DNA of 64,000 nucleotides. It comes from Phyllobacterium sp. GTDB taxonomy: Bacteria; Pseudomonadota; Alphaproteobacteria; Rhizobiales; Rhizobiaceae. Positions 29,613 through 38,684 of this stretch are shown piece by piece (the stretch's first letter is position 1; the number at the start of each line of letters is the position of its first letter). Below the pieces are notes generated by a model. That model did no database searches, was not told the DNA's origin, and was given only the letters and a program-made list of their open reading frames with translations. Made by a program: the position numbers and the translations under genes. The DNA lies in contig NZ_JBBNAN010000439.1 of the NCBI RefSeq assembly GCF_037994405.1, forward strand, positions 43 through 64,042. Reading direction: 5' to 3'.

Positions 29613-30701
29613 TTATTGCAGTTTGTTCGCCTCGGTAATGGCGGCCTGCTTCTGGTCGTCATCGAGACCATCCATAAAGGAATCAAGGTCCGGGTCATTC
29701 AAGCCGGCACGCTTGGCAACGATGTACCAGGCGGCGGCCTTGATGAAATCGCCCTCCACGCCAATGCCATCACGGTAGAGCTTGGCGAGACGCGCCTGCG
29801 CTGCCACATTGCCGCCTGTCGCTGCCCTTAACATCCATCCAAACCCCGCCTTGTATTCATGCGGTCCTCCGAGCCCGGCGACAAGCCAACTGCCGAGATC
29901 AAGCTGGGCTGTATCGTGGCCCTTGATGGCAGCCTTGATGAGATAGAGGCGAGCTTTTGCCAAATCGCGGGGGATCGTGGACGTGCCATTTGCGAGCACT
30001 TGGCTTACCGCGTATTCACCGTCCGGCAGACCCTGATCGGCTGCCTTTTGAAACCAGGGATAGGCGTTTTCAAGACCGGCGGCGCCTGGTCGCTCCTGTA
30101 TAAGGATTTGTCCGTAGTTGAATTGTGCTGCGGCGTTTCCGGCATCGGCCGCCGACTTCGTCAGGTCCTTGGCCTTCCTGACATCCTTTGGGGCATATTT
30201 GCCTTGCAGCAGAATTGCCGCATAGCGGAATTGTGCCTCAGGTACGCCCTGCTCGGCGGCCTTGTCATACCACTTGGCCGATTCTGCCATATTGACCGGA
30301 ATACCAAGGCCGCGTGCCAGCATTTCGGCAAGCAGCACCTGTGCTGCGCCATCCCCTGCTTCGGCGCGTGGTAACGCCAGATTGTATGCAGTCTTGTATA
30401 GGCCACGCTGATAGGCGCCGAAAGCTTCGTCGGGCGGCGCCTTGCCAAACCGTGTCGGATTAACCTTTTCCAGCTCGGGATCACCGGGTGATTTCGGCTT
30501 GTCCTGTTTTGGGGTGGTTTCAGGAGAAGCGCGATTTTCGGGAGCAGGCGCTGATGACGCAGGCGGCGCAACCGCCGGCTTTGCCGGCTCGACGACCGTC
30601 GGTTTTTCCGCCGTCTGGGCGAAAGCCGCCAACGTCAGAACCGGGGAGGCTGCCAGCATTGCTGCAACAATGGATAGAAGTTTTCCGGGGCTTGCTGCCA
30701 T
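29613..30701 (-). CDS. Secreted Sel1-like repeat protein
   Basis: Signal peptide, Pro-rich linker, repeated AQ..L..ML..G.G / A..W...AA..G units. Confidence 0.88.
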   Translation of the reverse strand: MAASPGKLLSIVAAMLAASPVLTLAAFAQTAEKPTVVEPAKPAVAPPASSAPAPENRASPETTPKQDKPKSPGDPELEKVNPTRFGKAPPDEAFGAYQRGLYKTAYNLALPRAEAGDGAAQVLLAEMLARGLGIPVNMAESAKWYDKAAEQGVPEAQFRYAAILLQGKYAPKDVRKAKDLTKSAADAGNAAAQFNYGQILIQERPGAAGLENAYPWFQKAADQGLPDGEYAVSQVLANGTSTIPRDLAKARLYLIKAAIKGHDTAQLDLGSWLVAGLGGPHEYKAGFGWMLRAATGGNVAAQARLAKLYRDGIGVEGDFIKAAAWYIVAKRAGLNDPDLDSFMDGLDDDQKQAAITEANKLQ

Positions 30702-30707
30702 GAACGT

Positions 30708-31364
30708 CTATTCCTCGAATCTCGGTGCATGTTGGTCGAGTAGCCTGTTGGCCTCCTTGACCGCAGCAGCCGGATCGTTTCCATCAAATATGGCAGCACT
30801 CAGCGCAATGAATTCCGCACCTGTCAATGCAGCGTCCGGGATGCTTTCAAGACTGTTGCCGGCCTGGACGATGCAGGGGATTTCGACCATGGAGGCCCAC
30901 CAGTCGGCAAGTTCAACATTGCGCGGATGGGCATCCGGCTTGCTGTCGGCGCCGATCTTGCCGAACAGCACATAGTCCGGCTGCGCTTCGCCGATTTCGA
31001 GTGCCGAGTGCCGGTTCTTGATGTTGCCCGTACCAACAATCAGCTTTGGTGAAAACCGCTCGACGCTGGCCGCAATATCAGCAGCCGAGCCTTCTATATG
31101 CAGGCCGTCTGCCTTGACGCGTCCAGCGATCTGGGTATTACCGACAATGATTGCGGCAGCGCCCGCATTCTGGATGACCGGGACCGCTGCTTCGGCAATC
31201 GTCTGGAATAGCGTTTCGTCCGCGTCGTATGCGGGCAATAACACTGAGGCGACATCACCGCCGGACAGCGCGTTGCGAAGCCTCTCGACAAGTTCATTGG
31301 CGCTCGCGGTTTGGGGGGCGATCAGAACGATGCGGCAGCGTTGGGGCGGTGGTTCGGTGTTCAT
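30708..31364 (-). CDS. ThiE/TenI-like TIM-barrel protein with degenerate active-site motifs
   Basis: ADGLHI, DYVLFG, IPCIV.AG, GAEFIALS.AIF; QxRxK and ND motifs are absent. Confidence 0.78.
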   Translation of the reverse strand: MNTEPPPQRCRIVLIAPQTASANELVERLRNALSGGDVASVLLPAYDADETLFQTIAEAAVPVIQNAGAAAIIVGNTQIAGRVKADGLHIEGSAADIAASVERFSPKLIVGTGNIKNRHSALEIGEAQPDYVLFGKIGADSKPDAHPRNVELADWWASMVEIPCIVQAGNSLESIPDAALTGAEFIALSAAIFDGNDPAAAVKEANRLLDQHAPRFEE

Positions 31365-31604
31365 AGCTGCGACCTTAAATCGTTCTAAGATTGGACGGGC
31401 CCTATAGAATGGGCAAACGTGATGAAATTCGGGCATAGAGGATGATGAATGTTTTGAATAGTCCTCTCCTGCAATGGGTCAATACTCCTCCTTGTATATT
31501 CAATGCCTTATGGATCAAATCAGGGCATATTTCCAAAAAAAGCATTTTTCATTCCTGACAAGCAGGACTAAAGAAGGGTTACCCTCCTGCCGGATTTTCC
31601 TGCC

Positions 31605-32372
31605 ATGTCTGATCTCTTGATGAACCCATGGTTCTATGCCGCCGCCGTTCCGGCCACGATTCTGATCGGGCTTTCCAAGGGTGGCCTTGGCGGTGCCATG
31701 GGCCAGGTCGGTGTACCATTGATGGCGCTGGTCATGCCGCCGGTCCAGGCCGCGGCGATCATGCTGCCGATACTGATCATCATGGATGTCGCCAGTCTAT
31801 GGTCGTGGCGCGGATATCGCGATTCCAAGACGCTGAAGCTGATGCTTCCCGGAGGGTTGCTGGGTGTCGGCATCGGATGGCTCACCGCCTCGGTTGTCAC
31901 CGACGACATGGTGAAGCTGATCGTTGGCATCATCGCGATCATATTTTTTGCGCGCTATATTTTTGTGAGTGCTGCCAAGCGTGCAATTGCACGACCGCAT
32001 AACCCGGCTACCGCCACGTTTTGGTCGACCATTGCCGGGTTCACAAGTTTCGTCGCTCATGCGGGCGGTCCGCCCTATCAAGTCTATACCTTGCCGCTGC
32101 GGCAGGACCCCAAGATCTATAACGGAACCAGCGTCATTTTCTTTGCAATCATCAATGCGGTGAAGGTCATCCCTTATTTTGCTCTTGGTCAATTCGACAC
32201 GGCAAATCTGAAAGCATCAGCCGTTCTCGTACCCCTTGCTCCGCTCGCTACATTTGCCGGCGCCTGGATCGTAAAACGCATGCGTCCGGAGGTTTTCTAT
32301 CCCTTCATGTACGCCATGATCCTGCTGATGGGATTGAAGCTGACCTATGACGGGATCGTTAGCCTGTTATAA
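31605..32372 (+). CDS. TauE/SafE family (sulfite exporter-like) membrane protein
   Basis: GLSKGGLGG, FVAHAGGPP, eight hydrophobic segments. Confidence 0.88.
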   Translation: MSDLLMNPWFYAAAVPATILIGLSKGGLGGAMGQVGVPLMALVMPPVQAAAIMLPILIIMDVASLWSWRGYRDSKTLKLMLPGGLLGVGIGWLTASVVTDDMVKLIVGIIAIIFFARYIFVSAAKRAIARPHNPATATFWSTIAGFTSFVAHAGGPPYQVYTLPLRQDPKIYNGTSVIFFAIINAVKVIPYFALGQFDTANLKASAVLVPLAPLATFAGAWIVKRMRPEVFYPFMYAMILLMGLKLTYDGIVSLL

Positions 32373-32510
32373 TTTTCAACGAAAGTTGATCAGGCGAAAC
32401 GCAACTTTTGCCCTATGCCAACATTACCAATCGCAACCGCAACATGAGTCGTTTCCCATCGAGGCCGGAAGCGAAACTGAAATTCGCATGACAGGATATT
32501 GGTGAACGCT

Positions 32511-33704
32511 ATGACACAGACTCAGCTCAAACAGCGGGATACCCGTATCGATGTTTTCCGGGCCTTGGCGCTCCTGACGATCTTCATCAATCACGTTCCT
32601 GGCACGGTTTACGAGAATTTGACCCACAAGAATTTCGGCTTCTCCGATTCTGCGGAGGCCTTTGTGCTGATTTCCGGCATTGCTGTCGGGCTAGCCTACG
32701 GCTCCAAATTTGAAGCAGGAAACCGCTTTCTGATAACGCTTAAGGCCTGGCGCCGGGCAGCAACGCTTTATAGCACACACATTCTGACAACCATCGCCAC
32801 ACTGGCGATTTTCTGCGCCGCCGGCATCTATCTGAAGCGTCCGGAATTCATGTCCTTCATCAACATTGGCCCGCTGATGGACCAACCGGCGAAGGCCCTC
32901 ATAGGTCTTGCAACAATGGGTCACCAGCTTGGCTACAACAATATCCTCTCGATGTATGGCGTGCTTTTGCTGATGCTGCCGCTGTTTCTGATGATTGCAA
33001 ACATCAGCATTTCGGCCATGTTGGGCCTGTCGGGTACTCTATGGCTCGTTTCCGGTGTATATCAGATCGCGCCACCGAACTATCCGACAGACGGTGTCTG
33101 GTTTCTCAATCCGCTGTCGTGGCAGTTCCTTTTCGCAATCGGCATAGCCGGCGTCATGCACGTGCGCCGCGGCGGCACCATCGCCTTCAACAAATATCTC
33201 TTCGGCCTTTCTGTGGCCTATATTCTGATTGCGCTGGTCTGGGTGCGCTGGCCGCTGTGGGGTATCGATACTTCGCTGGGCCTGCCAACGGTCGTCACCG
33301 GTTTCGACAAGACATTCCTGTCTCTGACCCGTCTTGCCCACGTTCTCGCGCTGGCTTATGTGATCGTGTCGGTCCCGTCGATTTCCAATCTTGCACGCAC
33401 TGCCCCCGATCATCCGCTGGCCATTTTGGGCAAGCATTCGTTGCCTGTGTTCGTTGCTGGGACGATCCTTGCCATGGTGGCGCAGGTCGTCAAGGCCATG
33501 GACCCTGGTGGATTGCTGGACGACACATTGCTCGTAGCCAGTGGAATCATGGCGCAGTTTGCTTTGGCCTATTACCTCGAATGGCTGCCGCGTATTGGGT
33601 GGGGTGGACGCGCTGTCTCGAAGGCGGCCAAGCCCGCGCCTGTTGTTACCGGTAAGTCCGTCGGAACGAGCATGAAGCCTGTGACCAGAGCTATCATGTC
33701 CTGA
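32511..33704 (+). CDS. opgC: OpgC family periplasmic-glucan succinyltransferase
   Basis: RDTRID.FR...IFINH, GFSDSAEAFVLISG, W.LNP.SWQ.LF, LGKHSLPVF. Confidence 0.88.
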   Translation: MTQTQLKQRDTRIDVFRALALLTIFINHVPGTVYENLTHKNFGFSDSAEAFVLISGIAVGLAYGSKFEAGNRFLITLKAWRRAATLYSTHILTTIATLAIFCAAGIYLKRPEFMSFINIGPLMDQPAKALIGLATMGHQLGYNNILSMYGVLLLMLPLFLMIANISISAMLGLSGTLWLVSGVYQIAPPNYPTDGVWFLNPLSWQFLFAIGIAGVMHVRRGGTIAFNKYLFGLSVAYILIALVWVRWPLWGIDTSLGLPTVVTGFDKTFLSLTRLAHVLALAYVIVSVPSISNLARTAPDHPLAILGKHSLPVFVAGTILAMVAQVVKAMDPGGLLDDTLLVASGIMAQFALAYYLEWLPRIGWGGRAVSKAAKPAPVVTGKSVGTSMKPVTRAIMS

Positions 33705-33729
33705 CCGCTCGCGGGCCATTCCAGATCGA

Positions 33730-33764
33730 CCCGCTCCGAGACATCGCGGAGCGGGTTTATTTTG
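33730..33764 (+). terminator. Probable terminator after opgC
   Basis: CCCGCTCCG...CGGAGCGGG followed by TTTATTTT. Confidence 0.65.
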
Positions 33765-33840
33765 CGTGTTAGAAAAAACCGGTAGCCTCTCTTTGCCTGC
33801 CGGGTTTAAGCTTCGCTCACTAGCGCGTTGGGAGGCGTGT

Positions 33841-35490
33841 ATGGGCGGACTTTTCGATCATGATCTAGAGCGCAATCCGGCAAATCATCAGCCGCTGACG
33901 CCGCTCTCCTATCTTGAGCGGGCCGCGCGCGTTTATCCCACCCGTACCGCGATCGTCCATGGGGTGCAGCGTTATGATTACGGGACATTCTACCGACGTA
34001 CACGGCAGTTGGCATCCGCGCTCTCCAGACAGGGAATAGGCAAAAGTGATACAGTCAGTGTCATGCTTTCCAATACCCCTCCTATGCTCGAAGCACATTT
34101 CGGCGTGCCGATGGCGAAGGCTGTTCTGCACTCGCTGAACACACGTCTCGACGCAGCAGTCATTGCATTTCAGCTTGATCATGCGGAAACCAAGCTTGCG
34201 ATTGTCGATACGGAGTTTTCTGCCGTTTTTCGCGAGGCGCTGAACCTTGCCAAGGTCAAGCCCAAGGTCATCGATTTTGTCGATAGCCAATATCCGGCCG
34301 ATGCACCCTATCCGCAGGGCAAGCCGATTGGCGGTACTGACTATGATGCCTTTGTGGAGTCTGGTGACCCGGATCATGTATGGTCGATGCCCGATGATGA
34401 ATGGGATGCCATTACGCTCAATTATACGTCCGGCACGACCGGCAATCCGAAAGGTGTTGTCTATCATCATCGCGGCGCGGCGCTGATGGGCTATGGCAAC
34501 ATTATTGCATCTGGCATGGGGCGCTATCCGGTCTATTTGTGGACGCTGCCGATGTTTCATTGCAATGGCTGGTGCTTTCCCTGGACGCTGGCACTGCAAT
34601 TCGGCACACATGTCTGTCTGCGCTGGGTGCGAGCCAAGCAGATGTATGATGCGATCGCCGATCATGGCGTCACGCATCTTTGCGGTGCGCCCATTGTCAT
34701 GTCGACGCTGATCAATGCCGTGGAAAGCGACAAGCGTGCATTTCCGCAGAAGGTAACATTCAACACTGCTGCCGCGCCACCTCCAGAATCGATTCTGGCT
34801 GGCATGGCGGATGCGGGGTTTGCCGTTACTCATCTCTACGGCCTCACGGAAACCTACGGTCCTGCAGTCGTCAATGAGTGGCAGGACGAATGGGACGCGC
34901 TTGAGACATCACCGCGCACGGCGAAAAAGGCGCGCCAGGGCGTACGCTATGCAGCATTGGAAGATCTTGCCGTCCTCGACCCAGAGACCATGCGTCCCGT
35001 GCCGGCCGATGGCGAGACAGTCGGCGAGGTAATGTTCCGTGGCAATATCGTCATGAAGGGATACCTCAAGAACCGACAAGCCAGCGACGAGGCGTTTGCA
35101 GGCGGGTGGTTCCACTCCGGTGACCTTGGTGTCATGCATGCCGACGGTTATATCCAGCTCAAGGACCGGTCGAAGGACATCATCATTTCCGGCGGCGAGA
35201 ATATTTCCTCGATTGAGGTCGAGGATGCGCTCTACAAGTTCCCTGCTGTCAGTGCCTGTGCCGTGGTGGCGCGGCCGGATGACAAATGGGGCGAAACACC
35301 GCTCGCCTTCGTCGAACTGAAGCCGGGGCATCAAGCCAGCGAAGAAGAACTTATTGCCCATTGCAGAACGCTGCTGGCGCGGTTCAAATGCCCCCGGCAC
35401 GTGCTGTTTGAGGCCATTCCGAAGACATCAACGGGGAAGATCCAGAAGTTCGAACTGCGCAAACGTGCCAAGCTGCTTTCCCGCGAGTAG
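33841..35490 (+). CDS. Acyl-CoA synthetase (AMP-forming)
   Basis: YTSGTTGNPKG, YGLTE, GWFHSGD, KTSTGKIQK. Confidence 0.93.
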   Translation: MGGLFDHDLERNPANHQPLTPLSYLERAARVYPTRTAIVHGVQRYDYGTFYRRTRQLASALSRQGIGKSDTVSVMLSNTPPMLEAHFGVPMAKAVLHSLNTRLDAAVIAFQLDHAETKLAIVDTEFSAVFREALNLAKVKPKVIDFVDSQYPADAPYPQGKPIGGTDYDAFVESGDPDHVWSMPDDEWDAITLNYTSGTTGNPKGVVYHHRGAALMGYGNIIASGMGRYPVYLWTLPMFHCNGWCFPWTLALQFGTHVCLRWVRAKQMYDAIADHGVTHLCGAPIVMSTLINAVESDKRAFPQKVTFNTAAAPPPESILAGMADAGFAVTHLYGLTETYGPAVVNEWQDEWDALETSPRTAKKARQGVRYAALEDLAVLDPETMRPVPADGETVGEVMFRGNIVMKGYLKNRQASDEAFAGGWFHSGDLGVMHADGYIQLKDRSKDIIISGGENISSIEVEDALYKFPAVSACAVVARPDDKWGETPLAFVELKPGHQASEEELIAHCRTLLARFKCPRHVLFEAIPKTSTGKIQKFELRKRAKLLSRE

Positions 35491-35502
35491 GCCTGACTCG
35501 GG

Positions 35503-35892
35503 TTATGCTGCAGCAATAATCTCGAGCTCGATGAGCCAGTCGGCAGAAAGGGTCTGAACCACGATTGCTGTTGTCGGAACGATATTGCCCTGGAGTGCTG
35601 CAACACGGGCATTCTGGTTCTCAGTCGCAAAGGCCGCGTCGCGCAAATAGCTCGTAACCCTGACAATGTTGGCAACCGTCATTCCAGCGGAGGCGAGGAT
35701 CGCACGTATATTCGACCACACAAGCTCCAGTTGTTCGGTGAGATCGCTGCCCGCCGTTCCGGATGCGTCGAGGCCCATTGTGCCGCTGAGATAGACGATC
35801 CGCTGAGGCCCATTGATTTCCAGCGCATGAACATAATCGGGCGTTGCCGGGTAAATTCGTTGGGTCGGGTTGTGTATGATACGTTTCATCAA
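35503..35892 (-). CDS. Rid (YjgF/YER057c/UK114) family protein
   Basis: YLSG, NIRAILASAG, IELEIIAA; the position of the catalytic Arg reads Thr (PTTA). Confidence 0.85.
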   Translation of the reverse strand: MMKRIIHNPTQRIYPATPDYVHALEINGPQRIVYLSGTMGLDASGTAGSDLTEQLELVWSNIRAILASAGMTVANIVRVTSYLRDAAFATENQNARVAALQGNIVPTTAIVVQTLSADWLIELEIIAAA

Positions 35893-35971
35893 CGTTCCTC
35901 GCTGTTCACAAAATTTCCTTCTGGATTAAAGTGATATTGCCGAATGAAATTTTGCAGCAAGGGAAAAACGC

Positions 35972-36505
35972 ATGGGGAAAGAAGGAACGAACGGTATTCG
36001 GGGCAAGCGGACAGCCAGTGCTGTATTGGATGGTTTCGACCGAAAAATATTAGGAGCGCTCGTCGAGGATGCAGGTCTCAGCTATACGAGGATCGGCGAG
36101 AGGGTGGGGCTTTCGGCGCCGGCTGTTTTCGAGCGGGTCAAGCGCCTGCGCAGTGCCCGGGTGATTGAATCCGTCGCCGCACGGCTCGATGGCGAATCGG
36201 TAGGCAAACCGCTCCTTGCATTCGTACACGTGGATACGACCGGCTGGGGCAAAAGCGAGCGGCTCATGCGTATGCGGGAATTTCCCGAGGTCGAGGAAAT
36301 GCACTCAGTGGCCGGCGACACCGGAATGATATTGAAGGTGCGCACGCAGGGCCCGCAGGCGCTGGAGCATCTACTTTCGCAGCTCTACGTGATCCCCGGT
36401 GTCACGGCCTCTCGCAGCTATGTCGTGCTCTCCACCTATCTCGACCGTCCGGTCCAGGCCGATCATACGGTGGACTGGCCCAAGCACCCGCTGGCGAAGG
36501 AATGA
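35972..36505 (+). CDS. Lrp/AsnC family regulator
   Basis: LDGFDRKIL..L, IGERVGLSAPAV.ERVKRL, VAGD. Confidence 0.92.
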   Translation: MGKEGTNGIRGKRTASAVLDGFDRKILGALVEDAGLSYTRIGERVGLSAPAVFERVKRLRSARVIESVAARLDGESVGKPLLAFVHVDTTGWGKSERLMRMREFPEVEEMHSVAGDTGMILKVRTQGPQALEHLLSQLYVIPGVTASRSYVVLSTYLDRPVQADHTVDWPKHPLAKE

Positions 36506-36532
36506 AGGGTGCCTCCAACTTGATGGTCGGCG

Positions 36533-36547
36533 TTAACCATTCGTTAA
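36533..36547. promoter_or_regulatory. CtrA box upstream of the sRNA candidate
   Basis: Perfect TTAA-N7-TTAA (TTAACCATTCGTTAA); TATAAA lies 11 nt downstream. Confidence 0.75.
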
Positions 36548-36569
36548 GCACTACAATCTATAAATTGAT

Positions 36570-36667
36570 CATCCAGTTTTCTGGATTCTTACCAAGTGGT
36601 TTGGCCACTTTGTTTGACGCCTCCCTGTTAGACTCCTGAGAGCCGCCACGTTTGCGGCTCTTTTTTT
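36570..36667 (+). ncRNA. Candidate trans-acting sRNA (about 97 nt) with an anti-SD CCUCCC motif and an intrinsic terminator
   Basis: Hairpins ATCCAG/CTGGAT and AAGTGG/CCACTT, unpaired CCTCCC at 36620-36625, terminator AGAGCCGC/GCGGCTCT plus T run. Confidence 0.65.
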
Positions 36668-36696
36668 GTGTTCATATCTTTCCTCCCACCCTGCCG

Positions 36697-36711
36697 TTAA
36701 CCCTTTATTAA
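36697..36711. promoter_or_regulatory. CtrA box upstream of rcdA
   Basis: Perfect TTAA-N7-TTAA (TTAACCCTTTATTAA). Confidence 0.75.
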
Positions 36712-36861
36712 GGATAAACTTGCGCTCCTGTGAGGATGCAGGCAGGTTGCTGGGGAATACTGCCCACCGACTATTGAGGTGCCTTGCTTGCTGTTCCAGT
36801 AAGGGGGCACTGCTTTGGCAAAATTGCGGATTATGGCAGCGCATTTTAGGTAGGGCATATA

Positions 36862-37392
36862 ATGGCTGAACAGGAATTCCATGTGGACAACACGATACGG
36901 CTCGCAGAGCGCATGGTCCGCTCGGAGGGCTTTAATCATCTCTACGATGAAGGCATGAGCCTTGTGGAAGAAGCAGCCTCCTACCTCGATGGCGAGGGTC
37001 GCGAGGCGGCCAGGCGGCTATCTCGCACAGCCGCAACACTTTACGCTGCCGAATCCATGCGGCTGACGACACGTCTGATGCAGGTGGCATCCTGGCTGCT
37101 TTTGCAACGGGCGTCGCGTAGCGGCGAGATGACGCTGGAACAGGTTCTTTCGGAAAAAGCGAAGGTTAGACTGGATACCGATTCGGCGCCTGAAACGGTC
37201 GCTGGCTGGGAAGAAATCCCGCTCTCCTATTGCGATATCGTGCATCGTTCCTTGCGCCTGCAGGCCCGCGTCCGTCAGATGGACGATGAAATCTACAATG
37301 ATGGGGCGCAAGCCGAGCAGAGACGAATACTCTCCGCCAATCCGGTTTCTGATCAAATTACGTTGCTGGCGACTGCGTTCAGCCACCGCTGA
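36862..37392 (+). CDS. rcdA: DUF1465 protein, ClpXP adaptor RcdA
   Basis: EGM.LVEEAASYLDG.GR, YAAESMRLTTRLMQVASWLL. Confidence 0.88.
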   Translation: MAEQEFHVDNTIRLAERMVRSEGFNHLYDEGMSLVEEAASYLDGEGREAARRLSRTAATLYAAESMRLTTRLMQVASWLLLQRASRSGEMTLEQVLSEKAKVRLDTDSAPETVAGWEEIPLSYCDIVHRSLRLQARVRQMDDEIYNDGAQAEQRRILSANPVSDQITLLATAFSHR

Positions 37393-37432
37393 TATCATTC
37401 TTCTGTAAAACGCGGATATAGCGCACAGATTT

Positions 37433-37447
37433 GTTTCTCTTTTGTTC
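37433..37447. promoter_or_regulatory. Putative alphaproteobacterial LexA (SOS) box upstream of ruvCAB
   Basis: GTTT-N7-GTTC, one mismatch to GTTC-N7-GTTC. Confidence 0.6.
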
Positions 37448-37492
37448 ACCTTTCTGCTGTCAACATGCGCGACACGTGGATAAGGTCTCGGC

Positions 37493-38017
37493 ATGAAAGA
37501 AGCGATTCGAATCATCGGTATTGATCCCGGGCTCAGGCGGACCGGATGGGGCATCATCGAGACGCTAGGCAATTCGCTGCGCTTTGTTGCGGCCGGTACG
37601 ATCCTTTCAGATGCCAAGCTCGACCTCGCCTCCCGCCTTTGCCAATTGCACGACGGCCTTGCAGGGGTGATTCATGAATTGATGCCGCACGAGTCGGCAG
37701 TTGAGCACACTTTCGTCAACAAGGACGCAACTGCAACACTGAAACTCGGCCAGGCGCGTGGGATAGCCTTGTTGGTGCCTGCTCTGGCCGGATTGCACGT
37801 GGCGGAATATGCACCAAATGCAGTGAAGAAGGCGGTGATTGGTGTCGGACATGGCGAGAAACAGCAGATCCACATGATGGTAAAGGTGCTGATGCCAAAG
37901 GCGACGTTTGATACCGACGATGCGGCCGATGCGCTGGCTGTTGCCATCTGCCACGCGCACCATAGGCAAAGCGCAATCGGACGCATTGCTATTGAACAGA
38001 AACTTGCGGCACTCTAG
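37493..38017 (+). CDS. ruvC: Holliday junction resolvase
   Basis: [25 protein letters not shown]. Confidence 0.97.
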   Translation: MKEAIRIIGIDPGLRRTGWGIIETLGNSLRFVAAGTILSDAKLDLASRLCQLHDGLAGVIHELMPHESAVEHTFVNKDATATLKLGQARGIALLVPALAGLHVAEYAPNAVKKAVIGVGHGEKQQIHMMVKVLMPKATFDTDDAADALAVAICHAHHRQSAIGRIAIEQKLAAL

Positions 38018-38026
38018 AGGCCTCTC

Positions 38027-38644
38027 ATGATCGGAAAACTCAAGGGCACGGTGGACGAAATCGGCGAGGATCACGTGATCGTCGATGTGCATGGCGTCGG
38101 CTATGTCGTTTATTGTTCGGCACGGACACTGTCCAATATGCCTGGACCCGGTGAAGCCATAGTATTGCTCATCGAGACCTACGTGCGTGAGGATCTGATC
38201 CGGCTATTCGGTTTCGGCACTGCGCTGGAACGTGAATGGTTCCGCCTTTTGCAAAGCGTTCAGGGCATTGGCGCCAAGGTGGCGTTGAGCGTGCTGGGTA
38301 CGCTGCCTCCGTCTGATCTCGCCAATGCCATCGCATTGCGCGATATCGCCATGGTAAGCCGCGCACCGGGGGTCGGTAAGCGTGTGGCCGAGCGCATCGT
38401 TACGGAACTCAAAAACAAAGCCCCTGCCTTTGCAGGCGAGGCGACAGGCACGATCGGGCTCAAGCAGGAACTGGGCGAGGGCGTTGCTTCCGGCCCGATC
38501 ACCGATGCTGTGTCGGCGCTCACCAATCTCGGTTATTCGCGCGATCAGGCTGCCAATGCAGTGGCCGCTGCGCTGAAAGATGCGGGCGAGGGCGCGGATA
38601 CCACCAAGCTAATCCGGCTAGGTCTGAAGGAATTGGCACGCTAA
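38027..38644 (+). CDS. ruvA: Holliday junction branch migration protein
   Basis: [39 protein letters not shown]. Confidence 0.97.
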   Translation: MIGKLKGTVDEIGEDHVIVDVHGVGYVVYCSARTLSNMPGPGEAIVLLIETYVREDLIRLFGFGTALEREWFRLLQSVQGIGAKVALSVLGTLPPSDLANAIALRDIAMVSRAPGVGKRVAERIVTELKNKAPAFAGEATGTIGLKQELGEGVASGPITDAVSALTNLGYSRDQAANAVAAALKDAGEGADTTKLIRLGLKELAR

Positions 38645-38684
38645 TGCGGTTGTTTGAAAACGCGGGTTGTGCGAGGAGAGGCGC

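Noticed and set aside
35894-35907. LexA-like GTTC repeat between the Rid and Lrp genes
   Set aside because: The spacer is 6 nt rather than 7, and the first GTTC is the complement of the Rid gene RBS region.
36628-36675. 15-codon minus-strand ORF (MNTKKEPQTWRLSGV) with a GGGAGG SD
   Set aside because: It is antisense to the sRNA terminator, and no minus-strand promoter is evident. It cannot be fully excluded.
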